Notes: a model not told the origin generated them from the letters alone. A stretch of 64,000 nucleotides of DNA from Candidatus Latescibacterota bacterium (GCA_965226795.1 CBDDDZ010000003.1:416001-480000); one strand, 5' to 3'. Positions 41,363-52,779 are shown, numbered from the stretch's first letter. Program-made: numbers and translations.

Positions 41363-43849
41363 ATGATGAGCGCGCGGCAGCGGATTGTCCCGATGGACAT
41401 CGGCGATGAACTGAAGAAGTCCATGCTGGACTACTCCATGAGCACGCTGGTGAATCGTGCGTTGCCGGATGTGCGTGACGGGCTCAAACCCTCGCAACGG
41501 CGCATCCTCATCGCGATGAACGACCTGGGACTTGGGCCCACCCGGCAGCACAGGAAGTGCGCCAACATCGCCGGGCATACGTCCGGGAACTACCACCCGC
41601 ACGGCGAGGAAATCGTCTACCCGACGTTGGTCAACCTGGCGCAGAACTTCAAGCTGCGCTATCCGCTCGTGGACGGACAGGGCAATTTCGGCTCGATCGA
41701 TGGGTATCCTCCCGCGGCGATGCGGTATACCGAGGCGAGGATGGCCGGCCCGGGCAGCGAGATGTTGCAGGACCTGGGCAAGAATACGGTGGATTTCAAC
41801 CCGAATTACGACGAACGGCTCAAGGAACCCGCCGTCCTGCCATCGCGTTTTCCTAATATGCTCTGCAACGGAGCCGTGGGAATCGCCGTGACCATGGCCA
41901 CGGCGATTCCGCCCCACAACCTCCGCGAAGTGGTCTCCGGAATGTTGGCATTGATCGACAATCCCGACCTTGAAGTCATGGATCTCATGGAATACATCAA
42001 GGGGCCCGATTTTCCCACGGGCGGGGCGATTTACGGAATGAGCGGCGTGCTGGACGCGTACCGTACCGGCCGGGGGCTGATCAGGATGCGGGCGACCGCC
42101 ACCGTGGAATCCCTCAAGAACGGACGCGAAAATATCGTCATTACCGAAATCCCTTATATGGTGGCCAAAGCCACGCTTCTGGAGAAGATGGCCGATCTGG
42201 TTCGGGAGAAGCGGGTTGAAGGGATATCGAATATTCGGGACGAGTCCGACCGAAAGGGTATGCGGGTTGTGGTGGAACTGAAACAGGATGCCTACAGCGA
42301 GGTGGTCCTGAACCAGCTTTACAAACATACGCAATTGGAAAGCACGTTCGGCGCCAATATGATTGCGCTGGTGGACAGGCAGCCCAGGCAGTTGAACCTG
42401 AAGCAGATGCTTCAGCATTATATTGATCACCGCCATAACGTCGTGGAGCGGCGCAGCTCGTACGAGCTTCAGGTGGCGGAAGACCGCGCGCATATCCTGG
42501 AAGGATTGAGAATTGCGCTGGATGCGATTGAAAAGGTGATTCAAATCGTCCGCGGGGCGGCCGATCCGGATGCCGCCCGTTCGATCCTGATGGATCGGTT
42601 GTCCCTGTCCGAGAGACAGGCGCAAGCGGTTCTCACGATGACCATACAGCGGCTGACGGGACTTGAACACCGGAAAATCGAAGAGGAATACGAGACACTG
42701 GTTAACGAGATCGCGAGGCTGAGGTCGATTCTGAACAGCAGAACGGAGCGACTTGGGCTTGTGAGGTCGGAACTACTGGAGGTTGAAGCGAAGTACGGGG
42801 ATGAACGACGAACCGACATCGTTTTTTCCGCAACGGAGTTCAATATCGAAGACCTGATCGCCGACGAGGACATGGGCATCACCATTTCGCACCAGGGGTA
42901 TATCAAACGAATTCCGTTGGACACGTACCGCCAGCAGCGCAGGGGTGGGCGCGGGGTGACGAGTATGCGGACCAAGGAAGAGGATTTCGTGGAACACCTC
43001 TTCATCGCTTCCACCCACAGCTATATTCTGTTTTTGACGGATCGAGGTCATTGTCACTGGCTGAAGGTACACGAGATTCCGGAAGGCGGGCGTGTTTCCC
43101 GCGGGCGCCCGGTGGTCAACCTGATCGAGATCGACGCGGGTCACAAGGTGGCCGCGATCGTGCCGGTCAGGGGATTTGACGACGGGTACTATTTGATGAA
43201 GGTGACCCGTAACGGTCTGGTCAAAAAGACGGTCTTGTCCGCGTACAGCCGGCCCCGGCGCGGTGGAATCATTGCGATGAATATTCTGGACGACGACCGG
43301 TTGATAGGAGCCGAAGTCACGAACGGGTTACAGGAGATTGTGCTGGCAACCCGCAACGGCCAGGCCATCCGGTTTCAGGAACAGGATGTGCGCGATACGG
43401 GGCGCGGTACCCAGGGGGTTAGAGGGATTTCCCTGGAGGATGACGACGAAGTGGTGTGCATGGTGGTGGTGCAGGACGCCGGCAGCACGCTGCTTACGGT
43501 CTCGGCGAAGGGATACGGTAAACGGACGGGGGTGTCTGATTACCGGTTGACCCGCCGCGGCGGCAAGGGGGTGATCAACATCAGGACCACCGAGCGAAAC
43601 GGCAAGGTGGTGGCGGTGAAAGGCGTGGTGGACGAGGATGAACTGATGATTGTGACCCTGAACGGAATCCTGATCCGGCAGCCGATCCGGGAAATCAGTT
43701 CGATCGGGAGGAATACGCAGGGAATGCGCCTCATCAATCTTGACGACGACGACAAGGTGATCGACGTTGCGCGCGTAATTTCTCAGAGTAACGGGGAGGG
43801 CTCAGAAGGTCTTCCGCCCGAGACCGGTCCCAATGGAGACGGGCAATAG
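41363..43849 (+). CDS. gyrA: DNA gyrase subunit A
   Basis: RALPDVRDGLKP, YHPHG, AAMRYTEAR, GyrA-box QRRGGRG, beta-pinwheel repeats. Confidence 0.97.
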   Translation: MMSARQRIVPMDIGDELKKSMLDYSMSTLVNRALPDVRDGLKPSQRRILIAMNDLGLGPTRQHRKCANIAGHTSGNYHPHGEEIVYPTLVNLAQNFKLRYPLVDGQGNFGSIDGYPPAAMRYTEARMAGPGSEMLQDLGKNTVDFNPNYDERLKEPAVLPSRFPNMLCNGAVGIAVTMATAIPPHNLREVVSGMLALIDNPDLEVMDLMEYIKGPDFPTGGAIYGMSGVLDAYRTGRGLIRMRATATVESLKNGRENIVITEIPYMVAKATLLEKMADLVREKRVEGISNIRDESDRKGMRVVVELKQDAYSEVVLNQLYKHTQLESTFGANMIALVDRQPRQLNLKQMLQHYIDHRHNVVERRSSYELQVAEDRAHILEGLRIALDAIEKVIQIVRGAADPDAARSILMDRLSLSERQAQAVLTMTIQRLTGLEHRKIEEEYETLVNEIARLRSILNSRTERLGLVRSELLEVEAKYGDERRTDIVFSATEFNIEDLIADEDMGITISHQGYIKRIPLDTYRQQRRGGRGVTSMRTKEEDFVEHLFIASTHSYILFLTDRGHCHWLKVHEIPEGGRVSRGRPVVNLIEIDAGHKVAAIVPVRGFDDGYYLMKVTRNGLVKKTVLSAYSRPRRGGIIAMNILDDDRLIGAEVTNGLQEIVLATRNGQAIRFQEQDVRDTGRGTQGVRGISLEDDDEVVCMVVVQDAGSTLLTVSAKGYGKRTGVSDYRLTRRGGKGVINIRTTERNGKVVAVKGVVDEDELMIVTLNGILIRQPIREISSIGRNTQGMRLINLDDDDKVIDVARVISQSNGEGSEGLPPETGPNGDGQ

Positions 43850-43880
43850 GATTTGAGGGCAGGACCGCCGCCGTTCCTGA

Positions 43881-45188
43881 CTACAGCGCTTCGATGCGGA
43901 GTATCTGAGACGGTTCGGTGATTATGGGAAGTCGATCTATTAACTGAACGGCCGAACGCATGCTGGCTTCGCGTGCCTCGTGGGTCGTCATGATTAGCGG
44001 CACTGTGCCCTGCTCGGTTTCAGACCGGCCGTGCTGAATAACGGTTGCAATGCTGATTTTGTGCTCCGAAAAAATGTGGGCGATCCGTGCGAGTACGCCC
44101 GTCTGATCAAATACTGTAAAGCGGCAGTAAAAGCTGGTTTCGACCTCTTCGGGCGGAATCGGGTCTGCGAGGGGAAGGTCGGCGAGGGTCGCACGGCCCG
44201 TGGATCGGCCCGTCAGACGGCGTTCGGCCAGGTCGAGCAGATCGGAAACCACGGCGCTGGCCGTGGGCATCTGCCCGGCGCCGCGGCCGTACAGGACTTG
44301 CGGGCCGACGGCATTGCCCACGATCTCTACGGCGTTGAATTCGTCCTTTATATTCGCCAGCAGTGCGCCAGAGGGCACCAGGACCGGGTGGACGCGGGCT
44401 TCAATTCGGTTTTGAATCGCCTTCGCAATGGCCAGTAGCTTGATGGTATATCCGAGTTCCCTGGCGAAGTCGATGTCCAGCGGAGAGATGTGCGAGATAC
44501 CCTCTTTGAGGATGTGCGAGGGATTCAGGCCAACACGAAAGGCGATGCGGCACAGAAGGGCGAGTTTCTGGGCAACGTCCGTGCCGTCGATGTCCATGGT
44601 GGGATCCGCTTCGGCAAATCCCTTTTCCTGGGCGCGACGGAGCATGGTTTGAAAATCACCGCCATCGTCAGTCATCCTGGTAAGAATGTAGTTGGTGGTC
44701 CCATTGAGAATCCCATAGATGGACTGAATCCGGTTGGCTGCCAGGCCATCCGTTAGCGACCGGATGATGGGTATGCCGCCGCAGACGCTGGCTTCAAAGC
44801 CGATGTTTGCGCCGTTGCGCGCGGCGGCTCTGAACAGGTCGTCGCCCTGTTCGGCGAGCAGGGCCTTGTTGGCGGTGGCCAGGTCTTTTCCGTTCTCGAG
44901 CGCTTTCAGGCAGAGGTCCCTGGCGGGGTCGAGTCCCCCCATCACTTCAACGACTATCTGGATTTCGGGGTCTTCAATGACCTCGCTCGCGCTGGCGGTG
45001 AGGATATCAGTGGGTAGATCACGGTCGCGCGACTTGGAGATTTCCCTCACGGCAATTCGCCTCAGGTCGAACGCCACGCCGTGTATGGATCTGAAATAGT
45101 CGGCGCGCTGCTTGAGAATGCGAACGACGCCGGCGCCTACGACGCCCAGGCCGATGAGTCCGATACCGATGTGTCGATGGTTGGGCAT
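43881..45188 (-). CDS. hom: Homoserine dehydrogenase with C-terminal ACT domain
   Basis: GLGVVG, TANKA, FEASVCGGIP, NGTTNY, EADPT, GRGAG..PTASAV. Confidence 0.95.
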   Translation of the reverse strand: MPNHRHIGIGLIGLGVVGAGVVRILKQRADYFRSIHGVAFDLRRIAVREISKSRDRDLPTDILTASASEVIEDPEIQIVVEVMGGLDPARDLCLKALENGKDLATANKALLAEQGDDLFRAAARNGANIGFEASVCGGIPIIRSLTDGLAANRIQSIYGILNGTTNYILTRMTDDGGDFQTMLRRAQEKGFAEADPTMDIDGTDVAQKLALLCRIAFRVGLNPSHILKEGISHISPLDIDFARELGYTIKLLAIAKAIQNRIEARVHPVLVPSGALLANIKDEFNAVEIVGNAVGPQVLYGRGAGQMPTASAVVSDLLDLAERRLTGRSTGRATLADLPLADPIPPEEVETSFYCRFTVFDQTGVLARIAHIFSEHKISIATVIQHGRSETEQGTVPLIMTTHEAREASMRSAVQLIDRLPIITEPSQILRIEAL

Positions 45189-45406
45189 GCTGGAATCCAT
45201 GTTCTGGATTGTGGTTGACCACGTATCGCCGGCGGACGTATCCGCAGCGGAAACTAACGTCGGACATGGACCAAATTGAAGCGACGGACCAATATAGGAC
45301 AAAGGGGAACGGTAGGCAAGGGGGACACGCCAGGAAACGCGCCGGCTGTTGTTGCCTGGCGGTGGTTCCGGCCTCCGTCGCTGGCATGGAATATTTCTGA
45401 AAAGTG

Positions 45407-45435
45407 TTGACAGCTTCAGGGGGCGTGGTTATCTT
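45407..45435 (+). promoter_or_regulatory. sigma70 promoter for the tRNA
   Basis: TTGACA-N17-TATCTT. Confidence 0.75.
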
Positions 45436-45484
45436 TACGCCCGCTCAAAATAGAGGTCGATTTGAGCATTTGTTCCAATGATGC

Positions 45485-45563
45485 GGGGTAGTAGCTCAGC
45501 ATTGGTTAGAGTGCAGGCCTGTCAAGCCTGAGGTCGCGGGTTCAAGTCCCGTCTACCCCGCCA
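45485..45563 (+). tRNA. tRNA-Asp(GTC)
   Basis: GGGGTAG/CTACCCC acceptor stem, G73, encoded CCA; anticodon arm CAGGC-CTGTCAA-GCCTG; T-loop TTCAAGT. Confidence 0.95.
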
Positions 45564-45820
45564 TATAAACATTAAGGATGGCCACGGAAGGCCTGTCCGA
45601 ACGCCCTCCGCAGTCGGGGAGAATTACGGACGCCCACCACTTCCCCTCATCGGGATGGGTGGTTTTTTGTGTTTGTATTCACGATGCCCGACTCAAGGCA
45701 GGGTCGGGCGTTTTGGTGTTGCGGTTGACCCTTGCGAATGTGGTTCCGTGGTTGTCGTCTTTCGCTGCTTCCTTCTTCATGTGCGGAAGCGTGGCGGCGG
45801 ACAGGATCCGGGGGACTTGA

Positions 45821-48800
45821 ATGTCGATCAAACGGATATACGACAGGATGGTGAAGTCACAGCCGTTCGAGGACCTGGCGCGTCTGATCGACGCCCGTAC
45901 GCCGGCGATTCCGGTGCGCGGGTTGCCGGGTTCGCTCACGGCGTTCGGTATTGCGTGGGTGGAGGAGACGGCGCCCGGGCCGGTATTGGTGGTGTGCGCT
46001 TCGGAGGATCGAGCGGAAGAAGTGCGCGACGATCTGGAGCGGGTGCAGGGTTCGAGCCGCGTCGGGATTTTTCCCGCGTGGGGCGGGTCGCCGTACGACC
46101 ATCGGTCGCCCCATCTCGACGTGATGGGGCTTCGGCTGGAGGCGCTGGATCAGTTACAGGGGGCAGGCGGCGGGGTTGTGGTTACGCCGGTGGAGGCCCT
46201 GATGAGCCATACCCTGCCGCCGGACCTGTATGATCTGGCGGTGCAGGAAATACGGGTGGGGGAAAAGGTTGCGCCCGATACACTGGCTGAACATCTGGTG
46301 GATATCGGATATGAGCGTGTGACGCTGGTGGGCGGGGTGGGTCAGTTCAGCGTACGGGGAGGCATCCTCGACGTCTGCTCGTTTGGCAGCACACATCCGG
46401 TCCGGATCGAGTTTTTTGGCGATGAGGTGGAATCGATTCGCGCGTTTGATCTGGGCACGCAGCGGTCGGTGACCAGGCATGAGACGGCGCGGGTGCTGCC
46501 GTGCCGCGAGGCGGTCCTGGTAGAGACGCTGTCGGACGTGTTTGCGACGCACCTGGCCGAAGCGGAACGGGGGCTTGGAATGGGCCTGGACGGGCTGCGT
46601 GAAGCGATGGATAGCCAGGGCGCGTTTGACGGGTTGGAGCAGTACCTGGGCATTCTTTACAGAGACCAGACCTGCCTGCTGGACCACGTTTCGGATGGTT
46701 ATGTCGTGGTGGACGACCCCGTAGCCGTCGAAACGGCCGCAGCTGACGGGTGGGCGCGGGTGGAGGTGGCGGCCCGGCGGCAGAAGAAGAGGCGTGGAGA
46801 GCCGGAGCCGCTACCCGCGGGTGCCGTAGCCCGTCATCCGGAGGCGGTTCTGAGGCGGCTGGCCGGAATGCGCCGGGTTCTGAACTGGCCGCTGGGCGGA
46901 CGTTCGGAGGAGGGCGTCCACTTTTCGGGCATCGGCGGGCGGCGATATGAGGGCCATCTGGAAACACTGAAGGAGGATTTGAGGAGACACTGGCAGGCGG
47001 ACTACGAGGTGGTGCTGTTGTGCGAGAGCCAGGGCCAGAAAGCGCGGTTCGAGGAACTGCTGGAAGATGAGGAGAACCTGATATCGATATACGTGGGCAC
47101 CCTGCACAGCGGCTTTACGTTTACGTCCCCAACCGCGCGAGTGGTGGTGCTGAACGACCACGAGATTTACACCCTTGCGCGCCGCCGCCGCCGTTACAGG
47201 CGGTTCAAGGACGCCACGCCCATCCGCAGCATTTCCAGCCTGCGGGCCGGCGATTTCGTCGTACACGTTGACCATGGCATCGGGCGCTACGAGGGGATCG
47301 AGCATCTCACGGTGGACGGCGTCCGCCAGGACTGTTTGTCCATGTTCTATCGGGGTGGCGACCGGGTGTTCGTACCGGTGGATCAGATGGACCGCGTACA
47401 GAAGTATGCGGGACAGGACAGTATCGCCCCCGCGTTGAGCAAACTGGGTACGGCAACCTGGGAACGTGTAAAGGAAAGGGCCAGGAAGGAGGTCTTCAAG
47501 ATGGCGGTGGAATTGCTGTCTCTTTACGCTGAGCGAAAGGCATCTCCCGGCACGGAGTTTTCGGATGACACAGCGCTCCAGGGAGCCCTTGAAGCCTCGT
47601 TTCCGTTCCAGGAAACGAGGGATCAGCTTCGGACGATTCAGGAAGTCAAAAAGGACATGGAACGTTCGGCGCCGATGGATCGACTGGTGTGCGGCGACGT
47701 GGGGTACGGGAAGACAGAAGTCGCGGTGCGTGCTGCGTTCAAAGCCGTGGCCGATGGAAAGCAGGTTGCGGTGCTGGCGCCAACCACCATTCTCGCGCAG
47801 CAGCACTTCCGTACGTTTAAGGAGCGAATGGACGGCCTGCCGGTTACCGTCGACGTGTTGAGCCGGTTCCGCACGCCCCGAGAGCAACGGACGGCGCTAG
47901 ACGGCCTGGCGGCCGGACGGGTGGATGTTGCGGTCGGTACCCACCGCCTGCTGTCCCAGGACGTTCGGTTTCGGGATCTCGGATTGCTCGTGATCGATGA
48001 AGAGCACCGGTTCGGCGTACGTCACAAGGAACGGTTCAAGCAGATACGGCGGCAGGTGGATGTACTGACGCTTACGGCGACGCCAATTCCCCGGACGCTT
48101 CATATGTCCCTGATGGGGGCGAGGGATATGTCGATCATTCGTACGCCCCCCAAGGACCGGCTTCCCATCACGACCGAAGTCCTGCCGTTTGACGAGGAGA
48201 GGATTGCCGAAGCCATTCTGCGGGAAATTGACCGAGGGGGGCAGGTGTATTTTGTCCACAACAGAGTGCAGTCGATGCCCGCCATCGTGAATTTCCTGGA
48301 GCAGCTGGTCCCGCAGGTGCGGTTTGGGGTAGCCCATGGACAGATGCCGGAAAGACAACTCGAAAAGGTGATGATGGATTTTCTGGACGGCAGGTACGAC
48401 TGCCTGGTTTCCACGATGATAATCGAGTCGGGGTTGGATATTCCCAGTGTGAATACGCTGATTGTGAACCGTGCCGACCGGATGGGACTCGCCCAACTCT
48501 ACCAGCTTCGCGGCCGCGTGGGCCGGTCCACGCGGCAGGCGTTTGCGTATCTCCTGATTCCTTCGTGGAAATCACTCAAAAAGCCGGCGGTCCGTCGTCT
48601 GCGCGCCATCGAGGAATTCGCGGATCTGGGCTCCGGCTTCAATATATCGATGCGGGACATGGAGATCCGGGGAACGGGCAATCTTCTGGGCGCGCAGCAA
48701 CATGGGCATATTACGGCGGTAGGTTTCGAACTCTATTGCCGGTTACTGGACGAGGCGATCGCTCAGATACACGGCAATGAGGCCGAACCTGCGGCCGAAC

Positions 48801-49231
48801 CCGAGGTGCAGGTGGCCGTATCCACATATATTCCGGAAACCTATATTTCGGATGAAGATCTGAAGATGCTATTTTACCAGCGGCTGGGCGAGTGCCGGCA
48901 GACGGTGGAGATCCTGGCATTGGAAGAGGAAATGGCGGACCGCTTCGGTCCGTTACCGGAGCCCGCAACGGCGCTCCTGGATACAATAACCGTGCGGATA
49001 CTGGCGCGGCAGCTTCGTGCGCACTCGGTACGGACGGGTCGAACGCTGGCTGTCATGTTTCCGAAGGATCGAATGTTAACGCGGAATCAGGTAGAGGACT
49101 GGGTGGCGGCTGCGCCCGTACCGCTGCAGTTTTCACTGGGTGATCAGGTGCTCATTGAGGCGGAGTTGGAGGGCAACGGCCCTGGCGAACGCCTCGCAAA
49201 TGCCAAAAAGGTGTTGCAGAGCCTCGTCTGA
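45821..49231 (+). CDS. mfd: Transcription-repair coupling factor
   Basis: RGGILD, CarD-like GDFVVHVDHGIG, GDVGYGKTEV, DEEHRFG, QLRGRVGR, TRG motif, TRCF domain. Confidence 0.97.
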   Translation: MSIKRIYDRMVKSQPFEDLARLIDARTPAIPVRGLPGSLTAFGIAWVEETAPGPVLVVCASEDRAEEVRDDLERVQGSSRVGIFPAWGGSPYDHRSPHLDVMGLRLEALDQLQGAGGGVVVTPVEALMSHTLPPDLYDLAVQEIRVGEKVAPDTLAEHLVDIGYERVTLVGGVGQFSVRGGILDVCSFGSTHPVRIEFFGDEVESIRAFDLGTQRSVTRHETARVLPCREAVLVETLSDVFATHLAEAERGLGMGLDGLREAMDSQGAFDGLEQYLGILYRDQTCLLDHVSDGYVVVDDPVAVETAAADGWARVEVAARRQKKRRGEPEPLPAGAVARHPEAVLRRLAGMRRVLNWPLGGRSEEGVHFSGIGGRRYEGHLETLKEDLRRHWQADYEVVLLCESQGQKARFEELLEDEENLISIYVGTLHSGFTFTSPTARVVVLNDHEIYTLARRRRRYRRFKDATPIRSISSLRAGDFVVHVDHGIGRYEGIEHLTVDGVRQDCLSMFYRGGDRVFVPVDQMDRVQKYAGQDSIAPALSKLGTATWERVKERARKEVFKMAVELLSLYAERKASPGTEFSDDTALQGALEASFPFQETRDQLRTIQEVKKDMERSAPMDRLVCGDVGYGKTEVAVRAAFKAVADGKQVAVLAPTTILAQQHFRTFKERMDGLPVTVDVLSRFRTPREQRTALDGLAAGRVDVAVGTHRLLSQDVRFRDLGLLVIDEEHRFGVRHKERFKQIRRQVDVLTLTATPIPRTLHMSLMGARDMSIIRTPPKDRLPITTEVLPFDEERIAEAILREIDRGGQVYFVHNRVQSMPAIVNFLEQLVPQVRFGVAHGQMPERQLEKVMMDFLDGRYDCLVSTMIIESGLDIPSVNTLIVNRADRMGLAQLYQLRGRVGRSTRQAFAYLLIPSWKSLKKPAVRRLRAIEEFADLGSGFNISMRDMEIRGTGNLLGAQQHGHITAVGFELYCRLLDEAIAQIHGNEAEPAAEPEVQVAVSTYIPETYISDEDLKMLFYQRLGECRQTVEILALEEEMADRFGPLPEPATALLDTITVRILARQLRAHSVRTGRTLAVMFPKDRMLTRNQVEDWVAAAPVPLQFSLGDQVLIEAELEGNGPGERLANAKKVLQSLV

Positions 49232-49360
49232 GCGCATATATTCTCGACCCAAGGCGGAACCAAACGATGTCCGGACAGTCAGCTATAAGTGCGGCGGGTT
49301 GAATTCAGGGCATCGACGCGAGGGCCTGTAGACGTTTCGGACATTCGGAGACGATAAATT

Positions 49361-50662
49361 ATGGACAGATGCTTTCCAGGATGTGTGTGGTACACACTGG
49401 TGACGGCTCTGGTGTTGATGTGCGCGTCGAGCGCCCCTGCGAAACCGCAGCTCCTCGATCAGATTGTGGCGGTGGTGGACGATCAGATCGTATTGCGTTC
49501 TGACGTGATGTCGAACATGGCGATGGTTGCCATGCAACAGGGGCTGATCAGGGAGGATCTCACGCCGGACAGGGTCAGCGAGATGTTCGAGCTTATTCTG
49601 GGGAACATGATCCAGGAAAAACTCCTGCTGGCCAGGGCGGAACAGGACAGCATCGAGGTTGACGAGGAGGTCATCGAGCGTGCGGTCCGGTCCCGCGTCC
49701 GGGAACTCAAGGCGGAACACGGCGAAGAGGATTTCGCCGGCCAGCTTGCCGAAGGCGGTGTGACGGAACGGGATCTGCGCGAACAGTATCGCCAGGAGTT
49801 TCGGAAGGATTTTTTGCGGCAGCGGATGTACGCACGCCTGAGCCAACAGGTCGAAGTGTCGTTCAAGGACGTTCAGGATTATATAGCGCGATATCAGGAC
49901 CGGCTTCCGCCGTTGGTGAGTATCAGTCATATTCTGGTGGCGATCGAAGCCTCCGACGATCTCGACGCAGAGGTCAGGTCACAGGCAGACACATTAATTG
50001 GCCGCTTGCGCAACGGCGAAGATTTCTCGGCATTGGCGCAGCAGTATTCGAGCGACAAGGGAAGCCGCGAAGATGGCGGTGACCTCGGTTATTTCCCGCG
50101 CGGACGCATGGTTCCGGCGTTTGAAGAGGCGGCCTTCGCGCTGCGGCCCGGGGAGATCAGTGCGCCGGTAAAGACAAAGTTCGGTTACCACATCATCAAG
50201 GTAGAAGCTGTGTCCGGCGACCAGATAAGGGCACGGCACATTCTCATTCAGCTGCAGCCGTCGACACGGGACGTGAGGGCAGCGTACGACAAGGCGTTGG
50301 ATCTGGCAAAAAAGGCTCAGGCGGGAGAGGATTTCGCGGAGTTGGCCCGGAAACATTCCACGCACGAGGAGACGGCCAAAAAGGGCGGGCGGCTTCCAGG
50401 GCCGTTCACGGCGGAAAATCTGCCACCCGAATTCTCGGATGTACTGAAGACCATGCGCATGGGCGAAGTGAGCGCGCCGATACAGACGGAGTACGGATGG
50501 CATGTTGTAAAGGTGAATGACGACCAGGGCGCCGTTAAGGAAATCATGCGACAGGAGCACCTGCAAAAGCGGTTCGAAGAGGTCCTCGCGGAAACACGGG
50601 CTCGTCTTTACGTGGAGGTTCGGCCGTACGATTTGGGGTACGGAAGCCGTTCGCAGAAGTAA
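49361..50662 (+). CDS. surA: SurA-like peptidyl-prolyl isomerase chaperone
   Basis: Signal peptide, DQIVAVVD, two parvulin domains (SHIL, GGDLG, FGYHIIK). Confidence 0.85.
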   Translation: MDRCFPGCVWYTLVTALVLMCASSAPAKPQLLDQIVAVVDDQIVLRSDVMSNMAMVAMQQGLIREDLTPDRVSEMFELILGNMIQEKLLLARAEQDSIEVDEEVIERAVRSRVRELKAEHGEEDFAGQLAEGGVTERDLREQYRQEFRKDFLRQRMYARLSQQVEVSFKDVQDYIARYQDRLPPLVSISHILVAIEASDDLDAEVRSQADTLIGRLRNGEDFSALAQQYSSDKGSREDGGDLGYFPRGRMVPAFEEAAFALRPGEISAPVKTKFGYHIIKVEAVSGDQIRARHILIQLQPSTRDVRAAYDKALDLAKKAQAGEDFAELARKHSTHEETAKKGGRLPGPFTAENLPPEFSDVLKTMRMGEVSAPIQTEYGWHVVKVNDDQGAVKEIMRQEHLQKRFEEVLAETRARLYVEVRPYDLGYGSRSQK

Positions 50663-50772
50663 GGTTCCCCGGGAGCCGCAGTCACTTCGCCGGCGGTCGG
50701 TTAGTCTGCACCGCCGGATCGGGCAACGGGAAGTTCCTGGATTCGATATCGACAACGAGCGTATATTTCGAT

Positions 50773-51045
50773 ATGCGGATGGATTTATTCTTAACGCGAT
50801 GTTGTTTGACTCGGCGCCGTTCCGAAGCAAAACGCGCCTGTGAGAACGGGATAGTGATGCTTGACGGGCGTCGCGCGAAGCCGGGGCACGCCGTTGGGCC
50901 GGGCAAGCGTGTGAGCATCTCCTTTCTGGACCGGTACCTGGAATTGGAAATTCTCAAGCTGCCAACCGGAAACGTCTCCCGGGCGGACGCCAGGTCATAT
51001 TACCAGGTGTTTCGTGACGAGGCGTGCGAGGTCACTGACTTCTGA
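50773..51045 (+). CDS. S4 RNA-binding domain protein (Hsp15/RqcP-like)
   Basis: MRMDLFL..RRSEAKRAC..G..AKPG..V. Confidence 0.85.
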   Translation: MRMDLFLTRCCLTRRRSEAKRACENGIVMLDGRRAKPGHAVGPGKRVSISFLDRYLELEILKLPTGNVSRADARSYYQVFRDEACEVTDF

Positions 51046-51076
51046 CGGCATACGAAGCCAGGATGTCAAGCCGGCG

Positions 51077-51107
51077 AGTCCAGCCCTGTCGGGGCTGGAC
51101 TTTTTTT
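51077..51107 (+). terminator. Intrinsic terminator
   Basis: AGTCCAGCCC-tgtcg-GGGCTGGACT followed by a T run. Confidence 0.8.
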
Positions 51108-51182
51108 ATAACGAATACCCGGAGTCGCACAAGCGCGGGCTTGTCGTTTGCCCTTTCCCTGTGACCTGTTTATATTGAATTT

Positions 51183-51968
51183 ATGTTCGGAAGAAAAAAA
51201 GACATATGCAAGGCGCAGCCCTACACCCGGCTTGCGGAGATCTATGACTATGTGATGCGGCATGTGGACTATGTGCAGTGGGCCGATTACGTGGAGGCCG
51301 TCTTTGATCGACACAACGTGGCGCCGTCGCAGGTGCTCGATCTCGCATGTGGCACGGGTAGTATGGCGTTGGAACTGCGAAAGCGGGCCTACCGTGCTTC
51401 CGGTGCGGATGCTTGCCGGGAGATGCTGGACGTGGCAGAAGAAAAAGCACGAAAATCAGGGTGCAACGTGGAATTTTTTCACAGAAATCTGCTGGACCTG
51501 TCAGGTCTGCCGCGGTTCGAAGCGGTACTTTGTCTGTACGACAGCATAAATTACCTGATGACGATAGAGGACGTCGACCGGGCATTGAAGGAGGTTCACG
51601 CGATCTTGCTGCCGCACGGCGTTTTTGTATTTGACGTTTGTACCGAAACCAACTCGCTGCGATACTTTCGCAGGCTGACGGATAAAGACAGTGGCGATGG
51701 ATTTACTTACGTCCGTGAAAGCTTTTACAGGAACGGGATCCAGTTCAATCGATTTGACATCCGGTTCAAGCAGACGGATGAAGCCGTGGAAGAGGTGCAT
51801 CGTCAGCGAATATATGCACTGGCGGATATACAGACTGCGCTGGAGCGGTCTCCGTTTTCGCTGGAAGGGGCCTACGATGGATTCGGCTTTTGCGAGCCCG
51901 ACGAAGGGTCGGATCGGGTGCATTTCGTATTGCGGAAAATTGGCGAGGCGGCTCAATCGGGCACGTGA
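51183..51968 (+). CDS. Class I SAM-dependent methyltransferase
   Basis: VLDLACGTG, DSINYL, GVFVFD. Confidence 0.88.
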   Translation: MFGRKKDICKAQPYTRLAEIYDYVMRHVDYVQWADYVEAVFDRHNVAPSQVLDLACGTGSMALELRKRAYRASGADACREMLDVAEEKARKSGCNVEFFHRNLLDLSGLPRFEAVLCLYDSINYLMTIEDVDRALKEVHAILLPHGVFVFDVCTETNSLRYFRRLTDKDSGDGFTYVRESFYRNGIQFNRFDIRFKQTDEAVEEVHRQRIYALADIQTALERSPFSLEGAYDGFGFCEPDEGSDRVHFVLRKIGEAAQSGT

Positions 51969-52036
51969 AAAGTGGTTCCGGGACCGCAGCCTGATGAGGA
52001 TACGAACTTCAAGGGATTCCCGCGGCAGGAGGTCTT

Positions 52037-52711
52037 GTGATTGCGCTTCGGCACGTCGGCGTAGAGCAGCAGGGGCGCCGTATCCTCGTGGATGTGAATT
52101 TCGAGGTCGAAAAAGGCGAATTCGCGTTCCTGTTGGGGCAGACAGGGGCCGGAAAGAGCACGGTTCTGCAACTGATTCTGTTCGAGCGGCGGCCAACGCA
52201 GGGTGTGGTTCTGGTGGGGAAATACGACTCACAGACCATTCGGGACCGGGATATCCCGGCTTTGCGGCGGCGTGTGAGTATGGTTTCTCAGAGTCACCGT
52301 CTGTTACGGGACCGGACCGTCTACGAGAACGTGGCATTTGCCATGGAAGTGACGGGGACGCCGCGATCGGTTGTAAAGCGGCGCACGCTCGCCCTGCTGG
52401 CCGACGTTGAACTGATGCATAAACGCTCGGTTCGGCCCGGCGCATTGTCCAGTGGCGAACAGCAGCAATTGGAGATTGCCCGTGCCCTGGCAAATGAACC
52501 GTTTGTCCTGCTGGCGGACGAGCCCACGGCCAACCTGGATCCGGAGACAACGGATCTCGTAATGCAAATTCTGGCGGAGGTTCAGGCGCGAGGAACCACG
52601 GTACTGGTGGCCACCCACAACGAGGCCCTGGTGTCGCGGCAACGGCGAAGGGTGCTGCTGCTGGAGGACGGGCGGATTGTACACGCGGGCAAGCCGGAAG
52701 GGCAAAATTGA
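52037..52711 (+). CDS. ftsE: Cell division ATP-binding protein FtsE
   Basis: GQTGAGKST, LLADEPTANLD, ATH; adjacent to ftsX and envC. Confidence 0.88.
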   Translation: MIALRHVGVEQQGRRILVDVNFEVEKGEFAFLLGQTGAGKSTVLQLILFERRPTQGVVLVGKYDSQTIRDRDIPALRRRVSMVSQSHRLLRDRTVYENVAFAMEVTGTPRSVVKRRTLALLADVELMHKRSVRPGALSSGEQQQLEIARALANEPFVLLADEPTANLDPETTDLVMQILAEVQARGTTVLVATHNEALVSRQRRRVLLLEDGRIVHAGKPEGQN

Positions 52712-52779
52712 TCGTGAGATGAAATCGGAGATATGGATCGGTCTGGCGTAGACACGAATTCCCGGCTTGTGGGGGCAAT

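Noticed and set aside
45564..45820. Integrated element at tRNA-Asp
   Set aside because: No integrase or duplicated tRNA 3' end; a terminator and mfd follow directly.
52445..52470. FtsE signature LSSGEQQQ as an inactive ATPase
   Set aside because: Walker A/B, D-loop and H-switch are intact; too little evidence for loss of function.
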